From an uncultured delta proteobacterium (GTDB taxonomy: Bacteria; Myxococcota_A; Polyangia; Polyangiales; Polyangiaceae), in assembly GCA_963696385.1 (NCBI GenBank), contig CAVOKF010000003.1, forward strand, positions 608,001 through 672,000: a stretch of DNA of 64,000 nucleotides, written 5' to 3'. The notes under the pieces were generated by a model. The model made no database searches and was not told the DNA's origin. It saw nothing but the letters and a program-made list of their open reading frames with translations. Made by a program: the position numbers and the translations under genes. Shown piece by piece: positions 51,767-60,571 of this stretch; position 1 is the first letter of the stretch; every line of letters begins with the position of its first letter.

Positions 51767-53224
51767 TCACCCTGGCCCGAGCGATGCCTGGTTCGACGTG
51801 GCGTCGACCAGCGCGCGGCCGGCCTCTTGGCCCTGGCGAATGCAATCGGGAATCCCGACGCCGTCGTACCCACCGCCGGCCACCCGAAGCGATGGATCGA
51901 CGCGTGCCAGCCGCTCTCGAACCGTACGCATCGCGGCGAGATGTCCGACGCGCATCTGGGGGCTCGCGCGATCGAAACGGAAGACGCGCGACCACTCGGG
52001 CCGTGCGTTCAACCCCATGAGTTCGCATAGCTCGTCCCGTGCAAGCTGCTCCATGCCTTCGTCGTCGCGCGCGAGCTCGCCCTCGTCGCTCGCCCCTCCA
52101 AAGAATGTCCGAACGAGCGCGTGCCCATGCGGCGCGCGGTCGCGCCACTTGCTGGACACCCATGTGGCCGCGAGAACGGAGCGGCCGGCAGAGCGCGGGA
52201 CGACGAACCCCGCACCATCGAACGGGCGCGTCAGATCGGCGGCGCGATAGGCAGAAAACACGGTGGCGGTCGAGACGTAGCGCACGGTTGCGAGTGCACG
52301 CGCGGCTGGCTCATCGAGCGAAGTAAGAAGCGTAGAGGCCACGTCGGCCGGCACGGCGAGAAGCAAGCCGTCGGCCTCCATGCGATCCTCAGCGTCAAGT
52401 TCCAAAGTCCGACCACGCCCTCCGTATGCCACGGAGGTTACGGACAAGTTCGGCCGAAGCACCACGCCGTCGGCTCGCAAGCGATCCTGCAGCGCGACGA
52501 CCAGAGTCCCGACTCCGTGCTTCAGCGAGACAAACCCGCTCGCTGCGCTCGCTCCCGATGCCTGGCGCCGCCGCCGCACCGCGACCATGCCGCGCACGAG
52601 CGACCCGTATTCGCGCTCCATGGCGACCAGCTGGGGAAAGCCCGCGCGAATCGACAGCTCGCGAGCGTCGCCCGCGGAGATTCCCGCGAGCAGCGGAGCC
52701 ACCAACCGCTCTGCGGCTTCCCGACCAAGCCGACGCTCCGCGAAATCGGCGATCGATTCGTCATCGTCTCCTTCGAAGCGACGCGCCGGGATGAACCGCT
52801 CCAGAGCCATCCTGATTTTGCCACGCCAGGAGAAAAGCGGCGTTAAAGCGAGCGGCGTCCACTTCGTTGGCACACCGAGCACCATGCCCTCCGGTACGGC
52901 ATGCATCCGGTGCCCCCAGGCGACGTAGTATCGCCGCGCCGCATCCTCGGTGCCGACCAGCGAGCTGCCCAACCCGAGTGCGCGCGCGAGCTCCGTTGCC
53001 TGGGGTTTGGAGGCCACCCACGAGTCCGGTCCCGCGTCGAGGAGAAAGTCGTCCACTCGACGCGTGAGCAGATTGCCGCCGAACCGACCCGCGCGCTCGA
53101 TGACGGTCACCGACACCCGACGCCCGATTTCACGCGCACGCGCTGCCGCGGAATGCGCCGCGGCCAGACCCGTGATCCCGCCTCCGACAATCGCGATATG
53201 CGGAATGCGCGCCCCGTCATCCAT
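51767..53224 (-). CDS. hemY: Proto/coproporphyrinogen oxidase (HemY family)
   Basis: IVGGGITGL, DAGPDS, RRLGRE...PLLAGI..GD, SSKW and GVGIPDCI. Confidence 0.93.
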   Translation of the reverse strand: MDDGARIPHIAIVGGGITGLAAAHSAAARAREIGRRVSVTVIERAGRFGGNLLTRRVDDFLLDAGPDSWVASKPQATELARALGLGSSLVGTEDAARRYYVAWGHRMHAVPEGMVLGVPTKWTPLALTPLFSWRGKIRMALERFIPARRFEGDDDESIADFAERRLGREAAERLVAPLLAGISAGDARELSIRAGFPQLVAMEREYGSLVRGMVAVRRRRQASGASAASGFVSLKHGVGTLVVALQDRLRADGVVLRPNLSVTSVAYGGRGRTLELDAEDRMEADGLLLAVPADVASTLLTSLDEPAARALATVRYVSTATVFSAYRAADLTRPFDGAGFVVPRSAGRSVLAATWVSSKWRDRAPHGHALVRTFFGGASDEGELARDDEGMEQLARDELCELMGLNARPEWSRVFRFDRASPQMRVGHLAAMRTVRERLARVDPSLRVAGGGYDGVGIPDCIRQGQEAGRALVDATSNQASLGPG

Positions 53225-54134
53225 GCGCGATGAGCGGCCGCGCGATGTCCTCGAGTACGTCGACGAAGTCGTCGCTGGCGTTCAGCGACGGAACTCGGTC
53301 GAATGTGAGCCCGAAGTCGGCGGCCAAGCGCCGGGCCTCGATGTCCAGGTCGTACAGAATCTCGACGTGATCGGCCAGAAACCCGACCGGCGCAACGATG
53401 GCGTGACGATCGTTGCGCCGGGCAATGTCGCCGAATGCTTCGCGCAGGTCCGGACCGATCCATTCGATTGACCGGCCATCGGACCCCGGCCCCGACAAGG
53501 CTTGACCCTGGAAGGCGAGCGCGACGCGTACGACGCGGGCGACGCGCGACTGCACCGCCGCCGTTATCGCACGGACGGCGGCGCCCACTTCGCGCTCATA
53601 CGGATCGCCACCCAAGATGACGAACTTCGGCAGACTGTGCGCCGTCATGACGATCGTCGTTTGTTCGGGCGCGGGCGACTGGGCGATCGCCGTGACAATG
53701 CGTGATGCGAAGGCCTCGCAAAGCTTGGCGTTTTGTCCCCAATTGGACGAACAAACGAGCTCGACTCCCACTTCGGCTGCGGGCGCGCGCGCGTCCGCTT
53801 CGTAGACCGCGGCCGAGTGCTGCGCGAGGGGTAGCAGTATGACCCGCCGCACTCCACTGGCGGCCAGCGCGATCAGCCGATCGCGCACGTAGGGCCTCCA
53901 CAGCCGGTTCGCCCATGCCACGCGAAGCCCCAAGCGAGCTTGCAGTTTTCGCCCAAGCTCTTCATTGATCGCGTTAAGCGGAGACGCCCCCCCGATTGCC
54001 TCATAGCGGCGGCGAAGCTCCGCAATGAGGCCCGGGGGGGCCGGACGGCCGCGCCGTACGTTGGTCACGAACGAGTCCAAGTCGTCGAGGTTCTCGACAG
54101 TACCGTGAGCTACGAGCAGCAGGGCCGAGCTCAT
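53217..54134 (-). CDS. hemH: Ferrochelatase
   Basis: LLVAHG, RRYEAIGGASPL, TAHSLP, WIGPD and GFLADHVEILYDLD. ATG 54134 overlaps the hemE stop. Confidence 0.92.
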   Translation of the reverse strand: MSSALLLVAHGTVENLDDLDSFVTNVRRGRPAPPGLIAELRRRYEAIGGASPLNAINEELGRKLQARLGLRVAWANRLWRPYVRDRLIALAASGVRRVILLPLAQHSAAVYEADARAPAAEVGVELVCSSNWGQNAKLCEAFASRIVTAIAQSPAPEQTTIVMTAHSLPKFVILGGDPYEREVGAAVRAITAAVQSRVARVVRVALAFQGQALSGPGSDGRSIEWIGPDLREAFGDIARRNDRHAIVAPVGFLADHVEILYDLDIEARRLAADFGLTFDRVPSLNASDDFVDVLEDIARPLIAHG

Positions 54135-55150
54135 CGTGCAGTCGCCATCGCAACGTGATCGACCACCGCGCGCACGTGATCGACCGGCGTCTCGGGCAAG
54201 ATCCCGTGGCCGAGATTGAAGATATGACCCACGCGTCCAGCCGCAGCGTCGATCGCACGCTGAGCGTGCTTCACCGCGACCTCGCGAGTGGCCAAAAGCG
54301 CACATGGGTCCATGTTGCCCTGGATGGCAAGCCGGACGCCGACGCGCCTCCACGCCTCGGCAAGCGGGGTGCACGAATCGACTCCTATGACGGTACCGCC
54401 GGCATCGCTCATCAGCTCCAAGAGCATCGACGTCCCGGTCCCGAAATGGATGACCGGAACGCCCGTCGTCTCGATATCGGCGAGCACGCGGCGAACGTGG
54501 GGTCGTACGTACTCGGCGTAGTCGTCGGGCGCCAGGTGACCGACCCACGAATCGAACAGCTGGACTGCATCGACCCCGGCCGCGATTTGCGAACGCAAGT
54601 AGCGGCGGATGACCTCGGCCAGTTTCTCCATCAGCTGATGCCAGGCGTCGGAAGCACCGAACATCAGCTTCTTGGTCTTTGCGAAGCTCGCGCTCTTTCC
54701 GCCTTCAACCAAATAGCTCGCCATCGTAAAGGGCCCGCCGGCAAAGCCAATGAGCGGTACGTCGAGCTCCGGCTTCAGAAGTCGGATCGCCGAGAGGACG
54801 TACGCAAGCGACTCCTCCGGATCGATCAGACGCAAGCGCGCGATCTGAGCGCGGTCCGCGATGGGTTCGTGGATCACCGGGCCCTCGCCCTTGGCGAACT
54901 CGAACGACGCGCCCATGGGCTCGAGAGGCAGCAGAATGTCCGCGAAGAGAATGGCGGCGTCGACGCCGAGACGCAGCGGCTGCATCGTCACCTCGACCGC
55001 AAGTTCGGGCGTTTTGCAAATGTCGAGGAGCGAATGGGTCTCGCGCATTCGTCGGTACTCGGGCATATAGCGCCCGGCTTGGCGCATGAACCAAACGGGG
55101 GTGCGGTCGACGGGTTGTCTGCGGCATGCGCGCAAAAAGCGATCGTTCAC
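54131..55150 (-). CDS. hemE: Uroporphyrinogen decarboxylase
   Basis: PVWFMRQAGRYMPEY, FADIL, QLFDSW and FNLGHG. Confidence 0.97.
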   Translation of the reverse strand: MNDRFLRACRRQPVDRTPVWFMRQAGRYMPEYRRMRETHSLLDICKTPELAVEVTMQPLRLGVDAAILFADILLPLEPMGASFEFAKGEGPVIHEPIADRAQIARLRLIDPEESLAYVLSAIRLLKPELDVPLIGFAGGPFTMASYLVEGGKSASFAKTKKLMFGASDAWHQLMEKLAEVIRRYLRSQIAAGVDAVQLFDSWVGHLAPDDYAEYVRPHVRRVLADIETTGVPVIHFGTGTSMLLELMSDAGGTVIGVDSCTPLAEAWRRVGVRLAIQGNMDPCALLATREVAVKHAQRAIDAAAGRVGHIFNLGHGILPETPVDHVRAVVDHVAMATAR

Positions 55151-55233
55151 CGCCCGACCGTAGCAGCGGACCGCGGACGTTGCCCAGGCGGATGACGACC
55201 CGCGGTCGCACGTCCACGCTCATCGGCTTTCGT

Positions 55234-57282
55234 TCAAGTCTTCTGATTGTAATTCGTGTTCTCGAGAAGGATCACATTCGTCTTCGAGCGGGTCTCACCC
55301 ACGCTCGTCACGTAGACCGCTGGCTCGTCTTGCACCGGACAGACTTTCTCACACGCTCCGCAGCCAACACAAAGGCTCGGGTCCACGTGCGGACGTTGCA
55401 GATGCACCGTCTTGTACGGCGGGGGCGTCCCATCCCGGCCCGGCTTGCTGTCGCGAAGTGGCGCGTCAACTTCCTCGACCCAGATCGCTTTGGGAGATGT
55501 TGGGCAGAACTCTTCGCACACGATGCACGGTGTTTGCATCGCCCACGGCAAACAACGTCCTTGATCGTAGAAGGCTGTCCCCATTTTGATGGGCGGTTGG
55601 CCCTGCCCCATCTTCTCCTTTTCTGTGATCTTCTGGATGGCCCCGGTTGGGCAGACTTGACCGCAGAGCACGCATGAGAACTCGCAATAGCCGATTCTCG
55701 CGATCAAGATCGGCGTCCACAGCCCCTCGATTCCAGACTCGAAGAACGCAGGGTGCAACGCGTTATTCGGGCAGACCTTCATGCACTCGGCGCATCGTAT
55801 GCAGCGTTCGAGGAAGGCGCGTTCCTCGACCGCGCCGGGCGGACGGATCATTTTCGAGTGATAGTTCACATCGAGAGTATCGGCCGCACGCGCCGCGGGA
55901 AGGAACATCGCGCCGGCACCCACCGTGGCGAGGGCCGTGCGGCGCTGAACATCGGGCGCCGTAATCGTGCTTCGGCGGTTCGGCAAAAACGCGAATTTGA
56001 TGACATCTTCCGGACACGCATTCTCGCAGTTCATGCACATATGGCACTCGTCCTGACGCCATTTGACGCCGCCCTGCGGTGAGTCGGCGCCTTGGCAGTG
56101 AACGAGGCACAAATTGCAATCGGTGCATTTCGCGTGGTCCTTGGTCATCCCGAACAGCGCAAACCTCGAGAATACTCCGAGGAAAGCGCCGAGTGGGCAG
56201 AGCACGCGACACCAGAAGCGCGGAATGAATCGGTTTGCAAAGAGCACAGCAACGAAAAGGAAGACGATGAACCAGGTCTGATGAAAATAGAACTGCTTGG
56301 ACTGCCAGACCGTTTGCGCGAGCCAGTCCTGGGCGTGATCGGCCGCGGCCTGGACGGGGCGCGAGTGCAAGTCCTGCGCGGCACCCAGCGCCCGATGCGA
56401 CATGTATTGCAGGCCAGGGATGACGCCGAGGCCGATCGACCGGACCGCGATGCAAATGGGATCGAACAGGCCCCCGATCGCGCTTCCCGCGACCCCCAAG
56501 ACCAAGAACCCGTACAGCAGGTAGTACTTGACGCGCTGGTAAGCGCGGGTCCTGTTCGCCTCGACGCGAGACGCGCCACGGCCAGCCCTGCTCGGCAAGA
56601 GCCACGCGAAAAAATGGTGCAGTGTCCCGAACGGGCAAATCCAACCGCAGAAGACGCGTCCCACGACCATCGTCAATGCCAGCAACGCCACGCTCCAGAG
56701 CAGGCCACGGTAGACGGCGTGCGTCGAAAGAAGGGTCATCGCGGCGACGAAGGGATCGGCCAAAAGGAACCCCTCGACCGGCAGCGGAAGACGAACCGGC
56801 GCGTCCGCTCGGGCAGCGAAACTCCCACGAAATGTCGTCTGGAACAGGAAGTAGGCGAACAGCGCAAAAAAGAGAACCTGGGAAATCCGGCGCGCCCACT
56901 TCAGGACCACGGCGATCCGACGTGGCGGAATCCCGCTGCCAGGGCGCCTCGTTCCCTTCGCCGGGGGCCGAGCCGCCGAACCGGGCGAAGGCGAAGTCGA
57001 GGGCGCCGCGGCATTCGCTTTCGGCGCAGCCGCCGAAAGCGCGTTCGCTGGCGTTCCAACGGCCGTATCGAATGCCCCGGGCCCGCCTGCTCCTGGCCCT
57101 GGCGTCGCGCTCATGGCACGCCCGATCGGCGTCGCGGTCTGCCGATCGATCCCGCTCACGATCCCGACACGTCCGGTTTTCCACGGAATCGGTTCGACGT
57201 GCGGATGTACGTCCGGAGAGCCCTGCAAGACGGCCGTGTCGAGGCACACTCCAGCGTGATCCGGGGCTCGCGGCTGCGCCAT
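55234..57282 (-). CDS. Membrane polyferredoxin (NapH/MauN-like fused to NapG/MauM-like 4Fe-4S domains)
   Basis: GRVFCGWICPFG, RFWCRVLCPLG, several CxxCxxCxxxC(P) motifs and RPPGA..E. Start could be 57114. Confidence 0.88.
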   Translation of the reverse strand: MAQPRAPDHAGVCLDTAVLQGSPDVHPHVEPIPWKTGRVGIVSGIDRQTATPIGRAMSATPGPGAGGPGAFDTAVGTPANALSAAAPKANAAAPSTSPSPGSAARPPAKGTRRPGSGIPPRRIAVVLKWARRISQVLFFALFAYFLFQTTFRGSFAARADAPVRLPLPVEGFLLADPFVAAMTLLSTHAVYRGLLWSVALLALTMVVGRVFCGWICPFGTLHHFFAWLLPSRAGRGASRVEANRTRAYQRVKYYLLYGFLVLGVAGSAIGGLFDPICIAVRSIGLGVIPGLQYMSHRALGAAQDLHSRPVQAAADHAQDWLAQTVWQSKQFYFHQTWFIVFLFVAVLFANRFIPRFWCRVLCPLGAFLGVFSRFALFGMTKDHAKCTDCNLCLVHCQGADSPQGGVKWRQDECHMCMNCENACPEDVIKFAFLPNRRSTITAPDVQRRTALATVGAGAMFLPAARAADTLDVNYHSKMIRPPGAVEERAFLERCIRCAECMKVCPNNALHPAFFESGIEGLWTPILIARIGYCEFSCVLCGQVCPTGAIQKITEKEKMGQGQPPIKMGTAFYDQGRCLPWAMQTPCIVCEEFCPTSPKAIWVEEVDAPLRDSKPGRDGTPPPYKTVHLQRPHVDPSLCVGCGACEKVCPVQDEPAVYVTSVGETRSKTNVILLENTNYNQKT

Positions 57283-57285
57283 GCG

Positions 57286-58338
57286 TCAGACCTCCCGCAC
57301 CCGCAGGCTCTCCCAATCGGTCGTCCCAAGCCCCCGCCGTTCGCCCATGGCCAGATAGGGCAGATTTTCGCGCTTTTGACCGATGAGCGTGCACCCGTAC
57401 GCATCCGCCGCAACTTGATCGACCGTTGCGATGACCGTGTGGACGTCCTTTGCGTCGTCGATGTTCCCGCCCTGCGGGCCGTTTCGCATGAGCACTCGCC
57501 ACGCGTCCACGACCACCAGCGTCGGGCGCATGAACGTCGCGAGGTCCGCAATGGACGCGTCGATGCTCTGGTGCAAGCGGTTTCGCCGTCCGCCGAGCAC
57601 CCCGTACCAATTTTTCATCGCCGCCGTGAACTTGGCGAGATTGTGGTGCTTGGCGACCGGAACGTTGATCACCTTGTCCGCATCGACCAGCGTCGTGAAG
57701 ATCGGCCACTCGTCGAGAACATCACCCTTGAGGCGCATCGTTCGGAAATGATGCTCCTGGGGCAGGACCACCTCCGCGCCCAACTCGTACGCGGCCCGCC
57801 AAATGCCCGAACGCTGAAAGCAGCGATTCGGGTCGTTGCACGATCCGTCGGCGACGACGACCTTCTTCGCGCCCGCTTCGAAGGCCATGAGGATGACTGC
57901 CGCGACCACTTCGGGGTTCGTGTTGGCGGCATGGATCGGCATGCGGTCCCAACCGATATTGGGTTTGACGACGACGACATCTCCCCTCGAGACGAACTTG
58001 CGCATGCCCCCCATCGCATCGACCGCCCTCCGGACCAGCTGCGCGGGAGTGGCGCTCGGGCCGGGCGAGTCATCGCCCCGATCCTTCGGAGCCGCACGTG
58101 CGATCGCCAACTGCGCGTGCTCCGAGTCCCGATCGACCATGCGATAATCGCGCACCTGGCGGGCTGAACTGGACCGGGCCACGTCGAACCCACCGCGGTC
58201 CCACACGCTGCGCGAACCGGCGGCCGCTGCCGTCAGCACGCCCATCGTCGTACCCGCACGCACGAGGACCTCGCGGCGCGTCGGCCGGGCGACGTCCTCC
58301 GGGGTGCCCGGCGCGGGAAGCTGGCTAGGGCGTTTCAC
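57286..58338 (-). CDS. DUF362 domain protein with Tat signal
   Basis: TRREVL Tat motif; VVVKPNIGWDR, NTNPEVV, INVPVAKHH, MKNWYG and DQVAAD. GTG start placed at 58338. Confidence 0.88.
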   Translation of the reverse strand: MKRPSQLPAPGTPEDVARPTRREVLVRAGTTMGVLTAAAAGSRSVWDRGGFDVARSSSARQVRDYRMVDRDSEHAQLAIARAAPKDRGDDSPGPSATPAQLVRRAVDAMGGMRKFVSRGDVVVVKPNIGWDRMPIHAANTNPEVVAAVILMAFEAGAKKVVVADGSCNDPNRCFQRSGIWRAAYELGAEVVLPQEHHFRTMRLKGDVLDEWPIFTTLVDADKVINVPVAKHHNLAKFTAAMKNWYGVLGGRRNRLHQSIDASIADLATFMRPTLVVVDAWRVLMRNGPQGGNIDDAKDVHTVIATVDQVAADAYGCTLIGQKRENLPYLAMGERRGLGTTDWESLRVREV

Positions 58339-58344
58339 GTTCGA

Positions 58345-58374
58345 TTTATATCTCGCGGCGATGGGGATCGGCAA
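58345..58374 (-). promoter_or_regulatory. Sigma70-type promoter TTGCCG-N18-TATAAA for the DUF362/polyferredoxin operon
   Basis: -35 at 58374-58369 and -10 at 58350-58345, 6 nt before GTG 58338. Confidence 0.5.
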
Positions 58375-58495
58375 CTTGCCACCTCATTCAGCGACGCCCC
58401 CCCAGCGGGTCAGCCCGCTGGTCCGTCTCAAGCCTCGCGGCCTTCGGCCGTTCCGATCTCGATGAAGGAGCCGATTCGCGGACGAATCGCACCCC

Positions 58496-58753
58496 ATGCT
58501 CGACGTCGAAACCTGCGCGGACTGCGGCATTCATTCCCCAGAGGCGAGCCCGGAGCGGACGCTCACAAGTTCCGCCGGATGGCGCTTGATGCGCGAGCGG
58601 CGCGTCGACGGCACGTGGAATGCCGTGTGGCGGTGCGCGCACTGTTGGAAAGCGCACAAAGTGCGAGCTGCGGTCGACGCGGGTACCACCACTGGAATCC
58701 GCGCCATCGTGAAATCGCCGGGGCTGCCACCACGGCTCCGCCGCCAGGGCTGA
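58496..58753 (+). CDS. Small putative zinc-ribbon protein
   Basis: CADC...GW...WRCAHCW; AAGGAG upstream; fills the gap between long genes. Confidence 0.55.
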   Translation: MLDVETCADCGIHSPEASPERTLTSSAGWRLMRERRVDGTWNAVWRCAHCWKAHKVRAAVDAGTTTGIRAIVKSPGLPPRLRRQG

Positions 58754-58877
58754 CCTCGCGCGTCTCGCAAGCCGTGTGACGACCGGGGAACGGATCGCCT
58801 CACCGAGCGCACCCGCTGAGATCCACGGCGAGCACCCGCTGCCCGGGAGCCCGCCGACCGTCAACGCATCGACGTAT

Positions 58878-60527
58878 TCATTTCGGCGGTCGCCCGTGCC
58901 CCGGGCCCAGGATTTCGTTCATCTTCGCCACTGGGTCGAACTGCTCGACGTGCGGCGGGTGATGGCAGCCAACGCAACCGGACGGGGATGGGCTGGCGAT
59001 GATTCGCGACCGATCGCTCGGATCCAGCGCGTGTCTCGATCCGGGTCCGTGGCACACCTCGCACTGGACATCCCGCAGCTTTTCGACGTGCGTCACCGTG
59101 CTTCCGCCGGGCCGCTCGTAGCCCGTCACGTGGCATGAAACGCAATCCAGATTGAATTCTTTGAACTGAGACGAGATCGCTGCGTATGCGTGCGAATGCC
59201 GCGTTCCAAGCCAAACTTGCCGGGGACCCGGGTGACACGCCGCGCAGGCGTCGATTCCAATGTATGTCGCCTGGTCGGAGGTTGCCGGAAGAGGAAGGCG
59301 ACCATCGAATTCGACGCGATTGTGCTCGTCGACGGCCTTGTAGTATCCGAGCATTTCAGCGTCGATCGTCGGATCCTTTCCGAGCGAATCGCGAATTTCT
59401 TTGACGGAATACCGAAAAAAATTCCCCTCCGACGGCGGAGGTTTGATGTCTAGAGCCGCGCGCTCCTGTTCGAGCCGCGCCAAGTCCTGGCGACGACCTT
59501 CAAGATCCCGCGTACTGACGATCCGGTCGCGTTCCCAGGCGGCAATCTTTACGTGAAGCTCGTCGATTCTCCGTGAAAGCTCTTCCCTCCGTGTCGCGAG
59601 CTCCAATCCCGTCGCGTCGCCGAACTTGAGCAATTGGCCTGTCGAGACTGGCTCGCGTACGTACAGATCGAGTACCGCTACGCTCTGCAGGTGGTTCGCG
59701 GACTGTGCGATCAGCACGTCACCGACGCGCTCGCCTTCGGGCGCGACCGTGTTCGAGTCCCCGTCGGATTTCACCGAACCGACGACCACTGCCGTCAGTT
59801 CGGGAACCGCATCCGCGATCCTCTTTGCCTCCCCTCGTCCCACTGCGGCCAACGCGATCAGGATGTTGGCGCCCTCCGCTTTGGCTCGCTCGACGCCCTG
59901 CCGGATGTCGGCTTCAGGGTCTTGACGCGCCTCGCGGCTCGCCGCCTGACCGTAGCCGACGAAGCCCACTTTGAGCCTCCCTTCAGCCACCACCCGAACG
60001 GCCCCCGATCCGAACGACGCGTCTCCCGCATCCGTGCGAGTGTCGACCAGGGGTACCGATCCGGCTTCGTCCGCCAGCGCTTTCAACCCGTCCGCCCCCT
60101 CGACCCAATCGTTTACCCCCGGAGCGAAGGCCGCGAAATCGAGCCCGCGCAGAATACGGGCCATGGCATGGGCCTTCGCTCGATCTTGATCGGACTTGTC
60201 CGCCTCGAGCTTTGCGTCCATGAAAAATAGGGGCCCTGCCGACACGACCCACTGCGCCGCCACCTCCCGCCGCGCGCGCTTGACCCACGCACCAAAGTGA
60301 TTGAGACCGCCCAGCTGATCGCGGGTGCATCCGCATGGTTCGATGGCTCCGGCCAGGTCCGAAACGAAGTAGAGTCGGAGAGTCGGGGCAAGCTCTTCTG
60401 TCCCGCCCAAAGGCGAACGAACGTTCGACGGAGGCGACGAATGACAGCCTTCGCAAGCGGCGAGGCCCACGGCCAAGGCGAGTATAACGAGCGCAAGGTG
60501 AGAAATAACGCGGAGAGGCTGCGTCAT
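58878..60527 (-). CDS. Multiheme cytochrome c (c554-like C-terminus) with a UshA/5'-nucleotidase-like N-domain, lipoprotein
   Basis: Lipobox LAAC; SDLAGAIEPCGC...LGGL; coiled coil; CAACH, CVSCH, CEVCH and CVGCH. Confidence 0.88.
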   Translation of the reverse strand: MTQPLRVISHLALVILALAVGLAACEGCHSSPPSNVRSPLGGTEELAPTLRLYFVSDLAGAIEPCGCTRDQLGGLNHFGAWVKRARREVAAQWVVSAGPLFFMDAKLEADKSDQDRAKAHAMARILRGLDFAAFAPGVNDWVEGADGLKALADEAGSVPLVDTRTDAGDASFGSGAVRVVAEGRLKVGFVGYGQAASREARQDPEADIRQGVERAKAEGANILIALAAVGRGEAKRIADAVPELTAVVVGSVKSDGDSNTVAPEGERVGDVLIAQSANHLQSVAVLDLYVREPVSTGQLLKFGDATGLELATRREELSRRIDELHVKIAAWERDRIVSTRDLEGRRQDLARLEQERAALDIKPPPSEGNFFRYSVKEIRDSLGKDPTIDAEMLGYYKAVDEHNRVEFDGRLPLPATSDQATYIGIDACAACHPGPRQVWLGTRHSHAYAAISSQFKEFNLDCVSCHVTGYERPGGSTVTHVEKLRDVQCEVCHGPGSRHALDPSDRSRIIASPSPSGCVGCHHPPHVEQFDPVAKMNEILGPGHGRPPK

Positions 60528-60571
60528 TTGGTGATCCGGGCGGCCTCCGCATAGATACACTCGTCGTCCGC

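Noticed and set aside
54135..54548. Apparent N-terminal extension of ferrochelatase
   Set aside because: Out-of-frame overlap with hemE; the ATGA overlap marks the real start at 54134.
55763..58167. Long alternative-frame and antisense ORFs (648 aa and 691 aa here; similar ones at 2876-4447, 18452-19747 and 61244-62704)
   Set aside because: They are Arg/Pro-rich, motif-free shadows of real genes, as expected from stop-codon scarcity in high-GC DNA.
60443..60457. CEGCH as a fifth heme site in the multiheme cytochrome
   Set aside because: Its first Cys is probably the lipidated lipobox Cys, so it is not counted as a confident heme site.
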